Below are positions 52,367 to 62,311 of a DNA stretch of 64,000 nt, piece after piece; the first letter of the stretch is position 1, and each line of letters opens with the position of its first letter. The translations under genes and the position numbers were made by a program. Origin of the DNA: an uncultured Gammaproteobacteria bacterium (GTDB taxonomy: Bacteria > Pseudomonadota > Gammaproteobacteria > JAURND01); NCBI GenBank assembly GCA_963714975.1, contig CAVQQD010000002.1, positions 288,001 to 352,000 on the forward strand. The letters are read 5' to 3'. The notes beneath the pieces are model-generated. The model saw only the letters and a program-made list of their open reading frames with translations. It did no database searches and had not been told where the DNA came from.

Positions 52367-52801
52367 TTATCTTATAAAAAAATCCGCACTAATTCCGAAC
52401 CTTTTTTTTAATCCAGCAATCTGTTTTTTAGATAAAGGACGCTCCCCATTCAGATATTTCGATACATTAGCTTGCCCACCAAAAATATCAGCTACATCCG
52501 TTTGATATAAATTATGTAATTTCATTAAGTATTTAACCATTTCAATCTCGGTGATATTGTTTCCAATTGCGGGATGATGCTCGTTATCATATTGTTCTAA
52601 GTTTTCTCCAATTATTTGCATCACAATGGTTAACGGATGCTTTTCATTATCTCGTATTTCGTCGATCAATTTATCAAGTATTTTTTCCAATTTAGCATAT
52701 TCTTTGGCATCAGCAGGCTTTTTTAGTGCGGCAATAGGTATGTGAAACTTATGATTTGAGTTTTTATCAACGTAATCAATTGCTAGAGCTGGCATATTCA
52801 T
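52367..52801 (-). CDS. higA: HigA-type antitoxin (XRE HTH)
   Basis: [39 protein letters not shown]; overlaps the toxin gene by 4 bp. Confidence 0.88.
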   Translation of the reverse strand: MNMPALAIDYVDKNSNHKFHIPIAALKKPADAKEYAKLEKILDKLIDEIRDNEKHPLTIVMQIIGENLEQYDNEHHPAIGNNITEIEMVKYLMKLHNLYQTDVADIFGGQANVSKYLNGERPLSKKQIAGLKKRFGISADFFIR

Positions 52802-53106
52802 AATTCACCTCGTTTTAACTTAACTTGGTTATAAGGTTTACTATATTCGGCATGAGAGCATATCGTTCTAATGTAGCAGTATTGGGTATTATAATGAATT
52901 GCGGTAATCAAACGATAATTATTCCCACCAATGTTAAAAATTGTATAGTTATAAACAGAATCAACGTTTTTAAAAATTCCTCTCAGCTCGTTTAAATTCT
53001 TTGCTTGAGAGGCTCGCATTTTTATATGCCATTCTACTAATGGAAGTTCTGCTTGAGTATTATCATTGTAGTAATCACGAATTTTCTTCTTTGAAATAAT
53101 GCGCAC
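52798..53106 (-). CDS. higB: HigB-type mRNA interferase toxin
   Basis: MRIISKK, L.EW, IFNIGGNNYRLI..I.Y, HAEY. Confidence 0.9.
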   Translation of the reverse strand: MRIISKKKIRDYYNDNTQAELPLVEWHIKMRASQAKNLNELRGIFKNVDSVYNYTIFNIGGNNYRLITAIHYNTQYCYIRTICSHAEYSKPYNQVKLKRGEL

Positions 53107-53136
53107 AGGGTGCCTCAGGCTTTATCGTTTTTCTTA

Positions 53137-53165
53137 AGTATAGGTAGATTAAATAGTTATGTCAA
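53137..53165 (-). promoter_or_regulatory. Sigma70 promoter of higBA
   Basis: Minus strand TTGACA-N17-TATACT. Confidence 0.75.
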
Positions 53166-53239
53166 ATAGATATATTGTGTTTGTGGCATTCTTGAGGTAT
53201 CCTTCCCAGCTTTAAATCATCAAAGCGGGGGAATGAATC

Positions 53240-55066
53240 ATGTGTGGTATTGTAGGTGCAACGGCTTCAAGTGATGTAACTCCTATCCTCTTAGAGGGCT
53301 TAAAACGACTTGCCTATCGAGGTTATGATTCTTCTGGAATTGCAGTAATAAATGATATTGGGGATATTGATCGCCGACGAGCCGAAGGCAAGGTAAAGCA
53401 ACTGCAGCAATTGTTGCTGACCAATCCCCTGATGGGGGAAACGGGCATTGCTCACACCCGTTGGGCTACCCATGGTGTGCCCTCAGAAAGGAATGCGCAT
53501 CCTCTTGCATCGCAGGTGCTGGCCATTGTGCACAATGGCATTGTTGAAAATCATGATCAATTCCGCGCCCAGTTATTAGCTAAAGGTTATACATTTCATT
53601 CTGAAACCGACACCGAAGTAGCTCTCTACTTAATTGATAGCTTTTTGGGGCAGCATGACTTACTGACTGCCGTGCGCTTAGCTACCCAACAATTAGAGGG
53701 TGCCTATGCCATGGCAATTATTCACAAATCTGATCCCCAGCATATTATTGCTGTGCGTAAGGGCCCGCCTTTGGTAGTCGGCTTATCAGATTCAGGTAAT
53801 TTCGTCGCCTCGGACGCACTGGCCTTATTGTCGGTTACTAACCAATTTATTTATCTCGAGGATGGGGACATTGCCGATATCAGTCTAGAAAAAGTCGTCC
53901 TATATAACGCCGAGGGAACGGAAATCACCCGTCCGGTGCGTATCTCCCAGCTTGATAAAAACAGCGTAGACAAGGGCAACTATCGGCATTTCATGCTCAA
54001 GGAAATTTATGAACAGCCCATGGCTATTGATTACACTTTGGAAGGTCGTCTCAGCAAGGACCACATCTTAGAACCCGCCTTCGGAATCGATGTCGCTACG
54101 CAGTTTGATCAAATTCGACACGTGCAAATTGCTGCTTGTGGAACTAGCTACCATGCTGGACTGGTGGGAAGATATTGGTTAGAAGGGATTGCGGGAGTTC
54201 CTTGCCAAGTAGAAATAGCCAGTGAATTACGCTACCGCTCTGCTGTCGTGCAGCCAAACAGCTTATTCGTAGTGCTATCGCAATCTGGGGAGACAGCCGA
54301 TACCTTAGCTGCCTTACGTCAAGCGAAGGCACTTGGCTATGCCTGCACCTTGGCTATTTGTAATGTGCCCGAAAGTTCTTTGGTTCGTGAAGCGGATTTG
54401 ACTTTTCTTACCCGTGCCGGTACTGAAATTGGCGTCGCTTCAACGAAAGCTTTTACCACGCAACTAGTGGCTTTGCTGTTATTAACCGGGGTACTGGGCC
54501 GACGATTTAAGGTCACCCCCGATGTGGAAGCACAGATTGTCACTCAATTGCGCAGCTTGGCGCGTCAGATTGATACCGTTTTGAGACTAGATCCGATGAT
54601 TGAGCAGTTGGCACATGGTTTTGCGGATAAGCAGCACGCACTCTTTCTCGGGCGTGGTGTGCAATATCCTATTGCAATGGAAGGTGCTTTGAAACTTAAA
54701 GAATTATCTTATATTCATGCAGAAGCCTATCCTGCTGGCGAATTGAAGCATGGGCCTTTAGCATTAGTCGATAAAAATATGCCTGTTATTGCCGTAGCTC
54801 CCAATGATGCCTTGCTAGAAAAATTAAAATCTAACTTGCAAGAAGTGCGGGCACGCGGAGGTGAATTAATTGTTTTTGGGGATGTTCAGGCTCCGTTTAA
54901 TGACTTAACTAATCCGCGCATCTTACCTGTACCGCATGTGGGCGAATTTGTTGCCCCCATTGTTTATACTATCCCGCTGCAGCTATTGGCTTATCATGTA
55001 GCTGTGCTCAAAGGCACGGATGTAGATCAGCCGCGTAATTTAGCCAAATCGGTTACTGTAGAATAA
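53240..55066 (+). CDS. glmS: Glutamine-fructose-6-phosphate aminotransferase
   Basis: MCGIVG, YRGYDS, HTRWATHG, SQSGETADT, GELKHGP, DQPRNLAKSVTVE. Confidence 0.98.
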   Translation: MCGIVGATASSDVTPILLEGLKRLAYRGYDSSGIAVINDIGDIDRRRAEGKVKQLQQLLLTNPLMGETGIAHTRWATHGVPSERNAHPLASQVLAIVHNGIVENHDQFRAQLLAKGYTFHSETDTEVALYLIDSFLGQHDLLTAVRLATQQLEGAYAMAIIHKSDPQHIIAVRKGPPLVVGLSDSGNFVASDALALLSVTNQFIYLEDGDIADISLEKVVLYNAEGTEITRPVRISQLDKNSVDKGNYRHFMLKEIYEQPMAIDYTLEGRLSKDHILEPAFGIDVATQFDQIRHVQIAACGTSYHAGLVGRYWLEGIAGVPCQVEIASELRYRSAVVQPNSLFVVLSQSGETADTLAALRQAKALGYACTLAICNVPESSLVREADLTFLTRAGTEIGVASTKAFTTQLVALLLLTGVLGRRFKVTPDVEAQIVTQLRSLARQIDTVLRLDPMIEQLAHGFADKQHALFLGRGVQYPIAMEGALKLKELSYIHAEAYPAGELKHGPLALVDKNMPVIAVAPNDALLEKLKSNLQEVRARGGELIVFGDVQAPFNDLTNPRILPVPHVGEFVAPIVYTIPLQLLAYHVAVLKGTDVDQPRNLAKSVTVE

Positions 55067-55117
55067 TTGGGATGGATGTAAGTCCTCAAAGAGCGAATCC
55101 AGAACGAGCAGACACTA

Positions 55118-55210
55118 CAGTACGTTGAGCAGCAACCAAAACCCAAATAATCGAAGGAGTGCCTTATATCCCCGTCATGAATGACGGGGATATAAGGCAT
55201 GATGGATAAA
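55118..55210. mobile_element. IS200/IS605 (IS609-like) end remnant
   Basis: Encodes QYVEQQPKPK-stop (TnpA-like C-terminus), then gccttatatccccgtcatgaatgacgggg hairpin and ggataa (TTAT on the other strand). Confidence 0.65.
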
Positions 55211-55268
55211 TGTCACAATCATCAATTGTATAGGGAACAAGTCTTATGTTCATGTTCATAATATAAGC

Positions 55269-55898
55269 CTATTTTTGGCATCCACATATCCTTAATATGT
55301 CCTCGGGTCTTTTTGCCACGAATGATGGTTCATGTTGCAAAAGGATTTTTTCTGAATTATAACCCCAAGTAACTGCAACAGATTTTACATTATTCATCTT
55401 GGCAGCATCGATATCTCTAGTTTCATCACAGATGAAAAATACTTTAGATTTATCTATCTTATATTTTTGCAGCGTTTTTTTTAATAAATGCTCCTTTGAA
55501 TAAAAATGTGACTCGGCATGAATAAAATTAAAATAATCATATAGGTTGTGCAGTTTGAGCCACGTCAATACGTTTTCAACCGAATTTGAGGTCAAAATTC
55601 CAAGGGAAAAATTAGCTTCAAAAAGTTTTTTTAATACATTTTGAATTTGCGGAACAGGAGCTAATTTAGGTATTTCTCTGTGTAAATGTTCTCGCATCTT
55701 CAAAATTAATTTAGGAATTTTAAAAATCGGAATTTTCAAAAATTTAATAATATTTTTAGATGATAAATCTCTTAATTGCTCTATCTCGTGCTCTTCTATT
55801 TTTCCAAGGTTAAATTCCTTAGATAACAAAATGGCTTTTTTTACAACACAGTTAAAACTATCAACTAATGTTCCATCAAAATCAAATATTAAATACAT
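55269..55898 (-). CDS. HAD family hydrolase
   Basis: FDFDGTLVDS, LTSN, DETRDI.AA, VTWGYN. Confidence 0.92.
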   Translation of the reverse strand: MYLIFDFDGTLVDSFNCVVKKAILLSKEFNLGKIEEHEIEQLRDLSSKNIIKFLKIPIFKIPKLILKMREHLHREIPKLAPVPQIQNVLKKLFEANFSLGILTSNSVENVLTWLKLHNLYDYFNFIHAESHFYSKEHLLKKTLQKYKIDKSKVFFICDETRDIDAAKMNNVKSVAVTWGYNSEKILLQHEPSFVAKRPEDILRICGCQK

Positions 55899-55926
55899 TT
55901 AGCACACCTAATATTAATCATGTTAA

Positions 55927-56403
55927 CTATTGATTCTTAACTGCTAGATTCATCCATGCAATAGTAATATGTGGTTCGATCGTATAATCTTTTAATTGCA
56001 TTTTATCACCAAGCCCATATTTTTTCCGTATTTTAATTAATGCTGGTGCATCAACTTTAAGTACAAAATATCGAGTATCAGCTAAATCAGCATAATATAA
56101 TCCTGCTACTTCAAATGTAATACTTTTATCACTTTCAATTGGATCTAATTGTGTATTTTCTTCTGGATAAGTAATGCTAATGTGTGCACCAATGTAGTTA
56201 TTGCTAGCGCAAAAATAATCTGGTTTCATTACTCCAGGATAATCTAACAATGGATAAACTTGATAAATAAAATTATCGTCAATATCCAAATAGGAGAAAC
56301 AATTTGCTGAAATTTTAATTCTGCCTTCCTGAGGCAAATTCTCTATTACTTGACGAGTAGCTGATGACATCTCAAATTGTTGAATTTTTAACTTTTTGCT
56401 CAT
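55927..56403 (-). CDS. Hypothetical protein, probable 2H phosphoesterase fold
   Basis: Two Hx(S/T) motifs: GAHISI and PHITI. Confidence 0.6.
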   Translation of the reverse strand: MSKKLKIQQFEMSSATRQVIENLPQEGRIKISANCFSYLDIDDNFIYQVYPLLDYPGVMKPDYFCASNNYIGAHISITYPEENTQLDPIESDKSITFEVAGLYYADLADTRYFVLKVDAPALIKIRKKYGLGDKMQLKDYTIEPHITIAWMNLAVKNQ

Positions 56404-56483
56404 TGAAACTGTAACTCCTTGATTATTTGGTGAAAATTGCTAAAATCAGTTTCCAAGCGTAATAATTAGGAGAGCCATTATAA

Positions 56484-57230
56484 ATGACGAATCATTGGAA
56501 TGCCCAGCGGTATGATACCTACTGTGATTTTGTGTCACATTATGGTGCAGATCTTTTGCCATTATTGCAAGCCCAACCTGGACAGCGGATCTTAGATTTA
56601 GGTTGCGGTACGGGCACTTTGGCGCATGAAATCGCTAAAACTGGAGCTGACGTCATTGCCATCGATATCTCTACTGAGATGATTGCGCAAGCCAAAAAAC
56701 ATTATCCTGAAGTAGATTTTAGAGTGATGGATGGGCAGGATTTCAGTTTTGATAAGAACTTTGATGCTGTTTTTTCAAACGCCGCTTTGCATTGGATGCT
56801 AAAAGCCAGCAATGTCATCCAATGTGTGAGCCACTGCTTAAAAAATCAGGGTCGTTTTATATTAGAAATGGGTGGAATAGGGAATATTCAGCAAATGCTT
56901 AATGTCATTAAACAAGCAGCGCTGGAGTTTGGTATTTCAGAATTGTCATTGATTAATTACTATCCTAGCATCAGTGAATATACTAGGCTTTTAGAAGCAA
57001 GTGGCTTGCGAGTTGTTTATGCTGAATTAATTAATCGGCCGACTCAACTTCAGGGTCCCATGGGGTTGCGAAATTGGGTGAGTATGTTTCGCAATGCGCT
57101 CTTGGTGCAAATTCCTGATAACGAAGCTTTCTTCCGCCGACTTGAAGACATTGCCCGTCCCCTTTTGTATCACTCTGATAGCTGGTGGGCAGATTATGTT
57201 AGGTTGCGTGCTATTGCGATAAAAGTATAG
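56484..57230 (+). CDS. Class I SAM-dependent methyltransferase
   Basis: ILDLGCGTG, FDAVFSNAALHW, ADYVRLR. Confidence 0.92.
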   Translation: MTNHWNAQRYDTYCDFVSHYGADLLPLLQAQPGQRILDLGCGTGTLAHEIAKTGADVIAIDISTEMIAQAKKHYPEVDFRVMDGQDFSFDKNFDAVFSNAALHWMLKASNVIQCVSHCLKNQGRFILEMGGIGNIQQMLNVIKQAALEFGISELSLINYYPSISEYTRLLEASGLRVVYAELINRPTQLQGPMGLRNWVSMFRNALLVQIPDNEAFFRRLEDIARPLLYHSDSWWADYVRLRAIAIKV

Positions 57231-58314
57231 GAGGTTTGTGGCTATTGATTTTATCAATAGTTCCTTTTAATTGTGATAATTCCTTTACTAGAAATTTGGC
57301 TGCAAACAAAAAAGTATTGGCATCGAATACAGCAGAATATTCAGTGCCGGATAAGATTTTTTTAACTTCTTCTTCCATTAAGCTAATTTTCTCACCTGCA
57401 AGAAAATCAACAGGTTGAATATCTTTGGATTTCACCATTCCGGATAATTTTAATAAAAAATCACTAATTTCTTTTTTGAAATATTTAATTTCACCTAAAG
57501 ACAGAATAAGTTTTCGGCCTTTAGTAGTATCATTGAGACTATAGTAAATAAGATTGATGGCTCGATATATTCTTCTTTCTGTTTGGATTATTTCTTGAAA
57601 AATAGTTTGATCTTTTCTTCTGCTACCAAGTTCCTGCCCCATTTCAAGAATTAAACGACGTTGTTGAACAAAGGTGGTGGTCATTTTTTCGTCTAAATCC
57701 AGAAAGCTTTCATTATTCTTATCTGATTTTCGAAAACTATTTTCAAAATATTTTTGCAAATAAGATAAAGTCTCATGTAAGTTAGCAAGAAATATCGAAT
57801 GAGAACGAATGGGGAAAACAAAATAGGAAACGCCGGTGGCTATTAACAAGCCAATTAAAATGATGGTAAAGCGTTCGAAGGCAATAATTAAATTAGTATT
57901 TTCCGCTAAAAGTATAAACGCCACCGTAACCGCACCTAAGGTACCGACAAGGCTAATATCTCCGGAAGTGCCAGCGGTGTAGGTGAAACATATGATGGCA
58001 ATAAAAAAAGCAATCGCAAGAAGTACAGGATTGTTGCCGCAAAGTAAAATAATTGCTACCGCAGCTAAAGCTCCCAAAAAAGTACCCCAGAAGCGCATTT
58101 TTGCCTTAATAAAAAAACTTCCGATGCTTATTTGGGCGCTCATTACTATAATAATAGTAATCACAATCCATTGTGATTGGGGTAGGTGAGAAAAGATTAC
58201 AATCAGGTAACCAATTAAGCAGGCTAGGGTAGTTCGAAGGCTGTTAATTGCTCTTGGCGAAGAAAAACTAAATGAGTTCCAAAATGGTCGTATCCTTGAA
58301 AAAATATTTAGCAT
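57211..58314 (-). CDS. FUSC / aromatic acid exporter family membrane protein
   Basis: W..ITI..VM, R.WGT.LGA, ER...I.IG, FP; start taken at ATG 58314 because the upstream ATG lies in a repeat. Confidence 0.8.
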   Translation of the reverse strand: MLNIFSRIRPFWNSFSFSSPRAINSLRTTLACLIGYLIVIFSHLPQSQWIVITIIIVMSAQISIGSFFIKAKMRFWGTFLGALAAVAIILLCGNNPVLLAIAFFIAIICFTYTAGTSGDISLVGTLGAVTVAFILLAENTNLIIAFERFTIILIGLLIATGVSYFVFPIRSHSIFLANLHETLSYLQKYFENSFRKSDKNNESFLDLDEKMTTTFVQQRRLILEMGQELGSRRKDQTIFQEIIQTERRIYRAINLIYYSLNDTTKGRKLILSLGEIKYFKKEISDFLLKLSGMVKSKDIQPVDFLAGEKISLMEEEVKKILSGTEYSAVFDANTFLFAAKFLVKELSQLKGTIDKINSHKPPILLSQ

Positions 58315-58354
58315 AGAGCTTCTCCTAGGTCTATCCGATGCCCATATTTCTGCC

Positions 58355-58403
58355 GTCATTGCGAGGAGCGAAGTCTCGCGACTGTCATTGCTCCTCGCAA
58401 TGA
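58355..58403. repeat. Family-C (RPE-like) palindrome
   Basis: gtcattgcgaggagc..gctcctcgcaatga. Confidence 0.8.
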
Positions 58404-58481
58404 TAACGTAATATCATACTATGGGGTCATCGTAAAGAACACAAAGAATTTTGCACATCCATTCTCTATATTCGCACAGGC

Positions 58482-58856
58482 CTAATTCCTATACGAACGT
58501 CGTTGTCCCCCTTGATCAACTTTATTTGGCGCTGCATCATAACCAATTCCTCGAGTAACTAAATCTCCCAGCAGAGGAAGAATTATGAGCGCAATACACC
58601 ATCCCGTAATACTAATTGAAAGGTTCCAATCCACAGAGTCAAGCCACTGCTTCATTGGGCAGGAAGTAAATAACTCTGGGTTGTATTGATAAATCATGCC
58701 AAAAATCACTAGGCTGGTTGCAAACCAGGTCCCTACGGCTCTCACAGTTGCATGATGTCGTACATCATCATCTTCTTCACTGGAAATTGCCTCAAGAGTG
58801 TTATAAATTTGCGGTGTTAGAAAATAAGATATTCGTTTTAGACAGAATTTTGACAT
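58482..58856 (-). CDS. Hypothetical membrane protein
   Basis: 124 aa, two TM segments. Confidence 0.6.
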   Translation of the reverse strand: MSKFCLKRISYFLTPQIYNTLEAISSEEDDDVRHHATVRAVGTWFATSLVIFGMIYQYNPELFTSCPMKQWLDSVDWNLSISITGWCIALIILPLLGDLVTRGIGYDAAPNKVDQGGQRRSYRN

Positions 58857-58989
58857 AATTAAGCCTCTTTTGAAATTAGAATGTTCTTGATACTATTTGA
58901 CACTAGGATAATAATAAGTACGGATGGGATCATATGGCTGAATTAAAATAATTTCTATACCGTAGTTCAAAGAAATTTAAAAAGGAAAA

Positions 58990-59871
58990 ATGATGGATAC
59001 AACGAAAATTCAGATTGGTAACCATAGTATTATGGCTTACACCTGTGGTGCGGGTAATAATGTTTTTCTGCTTATCCATGGGGGTCCTGGATGTCCATCA
59101 GATTATTTGCAAGATAGTCATGCGCATTTTTCTAACTATGGATACCGAGTTGTAACTTGGGATCAATTAGGATGTGGTGCTTCTGATAAGCCGAATGATA
59201 GTTCTTTTTGGCGATTATCGCGCTTTGTAGAAGAAGTTGAAGCAGTTAGGCACACGCTTAATCTTGGAAAAGTCAATTTATTGGGACAGTCTTGGGGCGG
59301 AGTTTTAGGTTTAGAATACTGCTTGCAGTTCCCCCAAAATGTGGTCACGTTTATTGCTGCTGATACAGCATTTGATCTACCACGTATGCAACGGGGATTT
59401 GAAAGAAAAAAATTAGCCTTGGGGGAAGAGACTTATCGGATGATGGCTTTGCGTGAGGCTGAGGGTACTACAGAACACCCAGAATATCAAGCTGCGGTAA
59501 CGCTGTTAATGCATCGTCATATGTGCAGGCTAGAAAAATGGCCGGAAGCTGTTACTTGTTCCTTGGAAAATATTGCTAAACCGGTATTTTCTCAGATATT
59601 TGGGCCTTATTTTTTTAATTGCACTGGAAATATAAGAGATTTCAATCGGTTAGAAGATTTACATCAGCTAAAAACGCCAACGTTAATTATTCATGGTGAA
59701 CACGATTATATTATTCCAGAGCTTGCTTGCATTGCCCGAGATAACCTGCCAAATGCTGAATTGACTATTTTTAGGGGATGTTCCCATATGCCATTTTATG
59801 AAAATTCTGAACAATACACTAAAGTGGTTTTGGACTTTTTAAGTAAATACAACGTTGATTGCTCACGCTAG
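58990..59871 (+). CDS. Proline iminopeptidase family hydrolase
   Basis: HGGPG, DQLGCG.SD.P, GQSWGG, GEHD, SHMPFYE. Confidence 0.92.
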   Translation: MMDTTKIQIGNHSIMAYTCGAGNNVFLLIHGGPGCPSDYLQDSHAHFSNYGYRVVTWDQLGCGASDKPNDSSFWRLSRFVEEVEAVRHTLNLGKVNLLGQSWGGVLGLEYCLQFPQNVVTFIAADTAFDLPRMQRGFERKKLALGEETYRMMALREAEGTTEHPEYQAAVTLLMHRHMCRLEKWPEAVTCSLENIAKPVFSQIFGPYFFNCTGNIRDFNRLEDLHQLKTPTLIIHGEHDYIIPELACIARDNLPNAELTIFRGCSHMPFYENSEQYTKVVLDFLSKYNVDCSR

Positions 59872-59959
59872 TTAATTTTTCGATTACAATGAATTATATG
59901 CTCTTAATCAAATACAGGCCTGCAAATTTTCAGGTTAAACCTGGTGCTAGGGTGAATAG

Positions 59960-60682
59960 ATGAAGGAATATTTAATAAATTCCAAAAGTGAATATTTACT
60001 GAAAATTTGTGCTGAGTGCGTAAAAATTCAAAACCTTAGTTTAGATGAATCCGTTCATGCAGAACTTCGTGGTGAAGCACAAACGTCATTTCACAAAAAA
60101 ATTCCTATAGCAACCTCATTAATATGGGCTATTGATCTATCTGGTATTTCAGTCGATATGGCTTGGGCTTGCCTTGACTTAGAGTTGTTGGATTCAAGCA
60201 CAGAGTTTGTTATATCAGCAGCTATTCTATCCTTCTTAGTGGCCATTGGTACTGCTTTATATATTTATTCAGAAACTCTAAAAGAAATTGAAAATAATCA
60301 ATGCTTAAATATTCTCAAAAGGCACATTTCTGAAGAACTCATGAGGAGAATTCCTGATAATAAAAAAACAGATGAATCTAAGAGTAGCTTTGTATTCACA
60401 GAAAGTGAAAATAAATTAAAAGATTCTATTTATGCTGGATCTAGTTGTGCTATTGTTTTATTCACCTCATTTTATTGGGGTATTCCAGACATCTTAGAAA
60501 TTTATGGGCAGGAAAATTCTGCCAATTTTATAAAAGACCGGATATTTATGGGTGTTGCCATTATATTGATGGTATTAACCAGTTTCTATTTAGGCTATCA
60601 GCATTTTCTAGAATCAAATATAAAAAATATTTTGGGTGGTCAGGAAAATAAAGAAGAGCAGCCCATCATTTCGAATTTATAA
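59960..60682 (+). CDS. Hypothetical membrane protein
   Basis: 240 aa, about 4 hydrophobic segments, AT-rich, acidic C-terminus. Confidence 0.6.
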   Translation: MKEYLINSKSEYLLKICAECVKIQNLSLDESVHAELRGEAQTSFHKKIPIATSLIWAIDLSGISVDMAWACLDLELLDSSTEFVISAAILSFLVAIGTALYIYSETLKEIENNQCLNILKRHISEELMRRIPDNKKTDESKSSFVFTESENKLKDSIYAGSSCAIVLFTSFYWGIPDILEIYGQENSANFIKDRIFMGVAIILMVLTSFYLGYQHFLESNIKNILGGQENKEEQPIISNL

Positions 60683-61594
60683 GTGACTTGCTGTGACGCT
60701 CAATTTATAATATTATTTTTTCAGCTAAGTGCATCCAATTGTTCGGACATTATGATGTGTTCTAGGTTTCGATATTTTAAGTTAGTACTTTTATTTTGCT
60801 TTTTGATTATTACGTTAGCAATATTTTCTTCGTCATTAGGAAAAAATGAAATGCGCAAGCAGTTGATCGCAAATATGTCATGGGATGAAGTAGCTGCAGC
60901 GCAAGAAAATAATCAAGTTGTTCTTATTCCTTTAGGTGCTGCTGCTAAGGAACATGGTTTACACTTGCCGTTAGGTAATGATAGCGTCATTGCAAACTAT
61001 TTGCGTGATCGAGTTTTGCAAAAACTCAAATATGCTCTGGCGCTGCCAACAGTAAATTATAATTATTATCCGGCTTTTCTTGAATATCCTGGTTCTACCA
61101 GTCTTAGTTTTGATACCTCGCGTGAATTAATCAGTGACATTTGTAGGTCATTAGCTCGGCAAGGATTTAAAAAATTTTATGTTTTAAATACGGGGTTTTC
61201 AACTGTAAAACCATTGCAGGCTGCAAAAGAAGAACTAGCCAAAGAAAATATCCAAATGGAATATCTTAATTCACCAGATTTTTTTGATTCCCCGGTAGTG
61301 AGGAAACTACAACAACAAAAGTTTGGCAGTCATGCCGATGAAATTGAAACTTCCATGATGTTATACCTGGCTCCTCAAATTGTACATATGAACAAAGCTT
61401 TAAAAGATGAACATCCCAGTTTTTCAAATCCTGGTCCTTTAACGCGTAATCCAAATGCGGGTAAAGGTACGTACTCACCCACGGGTGCCTGGGGTGACCC
61501 CACTTTAGCAACACGAGAGAAGGGGAGGATAATTACAGAAGCTTATGTAGAATATACAATGAAGCAGATTAATCGCTTTATTGCTGAAAAGTGA
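60683..61594 (+). CDS. Creatininase family protein (true start probably further downstream)
   Basis: IPLGAAAKEHGLHLPL.ND, YPGS.SL, HADEIETS.ML, G.WGDPTLAT.EKG. Confidence 0.88.
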   Translation: MTCCDAQFIILFFQLSASNCSDIMMCSRFRYFKLVLLFCFLIITLAIFSSSLGKNEMRKQLIANMSWDEVAAAQENNQVVLIPLGAAAKEHGLHLPLGNDSVIANYLRDRVLQKLKYALALPTVNYNYYPAFLEYPGSTSLSFDTSRELISDICRSLARQGFKKFYVLNTGFSTVKPLQAAKEELAKENIQMEYLNSPDFFDSPVVRKLQQQKFGSHADEIETSMMLYLAPQIVHMNKALKDEHPSFSNPGPLTRNPNAGKGTYSPTGAWGDPTLATREKGRIITEAYVEYTMKQINRFIAEK

Positions 61595-61606
61595 GGGCAT
61601 CGTCGG

Positions 61607-62224
61607 TTAAGGTTTGTTCTCAAAATTAGGTCTACAGCACCCTAATGTTTCCCTAATTTTGGCGAGCTGCTTATAACGAAAACAATCTATAGTATGGTCA
61701 TTTACCATACCAACTGCCTGCATGAAAGCATAACAAATTGTACTTCCCGTAAACTTAAATCCACGTTTTTTTAGGTCTTTAGACATTGCATCTGCAATAG
61801 CCGTGGTAGTTGGAACTTGCTTTGATTCTCTCCAGTAATTCAAAATCGGCCTTCCAGAAACAAAATGCCAAATATAATCTGAAAAGCTTTGCCATTCTTG
61901 TTTTACTGCTACAAAAGCTTTGGCGTTTATAATTGCTGCTTGGATTTTCAAACGATTTCGAATGATGTCTTTGTTCGCAAGTAATGAATTAATTTTATCT
62001 TGCTGGTAATGAACCATTTTCTCCGCCACAAAATTGTCAAAGCATAATCGGTAGTTTTCTCGACGTTTTAATATGGTAATCCAACTTAATCCAGCCTGCA
62101 TACCTTCTAAAATCAGAAATTCGAATAATAATCGATCATCAAAAATTGGCACACCCCATTCCAAATCATGGTAATTAAGATTAATTGGGTCACCAGTAGC
62201 CCATGCACATCGATTCTTTTTCAT
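61607..62224 (-). CDS. tag: DNA-3-methyladenine glycosylase I
   Basis: RCAW, YHD.EWG, LEGMQAGLSW..IL, IIRNRLKI, GFKF.G.TICYAFMQAVG.VNDH...C. Confidence 0.96.
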   Translation of the reverse strand: MKKNRCAWATGDPINLNYHDLEWGVPIFDDRLLFEFLILEGMQAGLSWITILKRRENYRLCFDNFVAEKMVHYQQDKINSLLANKDIIRNRLKIQAAIINAKAFVAVKQEWQSFSDYIWHFVSGRPILNYWRESKQVPTTTAIADAMSKDLKKRGFKFTGSTICYAFMQAVGMVNDHTIDCFRYKQLAKIRETLGCCRPNFENKP

Positions 62225-62311
62225 TTATGCTCCATAAATATATAAAATTGCTTCCGGTAAAGTATTTTGCCAACAGATATAATCATGGTTAATTTTTAAG
62301 GCTTGGAAAAT

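Noticed and set aside
55067-55120. Tn7 insertion at attTn7
   Set aside because: No recognisable Tn7 end with repeated TnsB sites and no tns genes in the window
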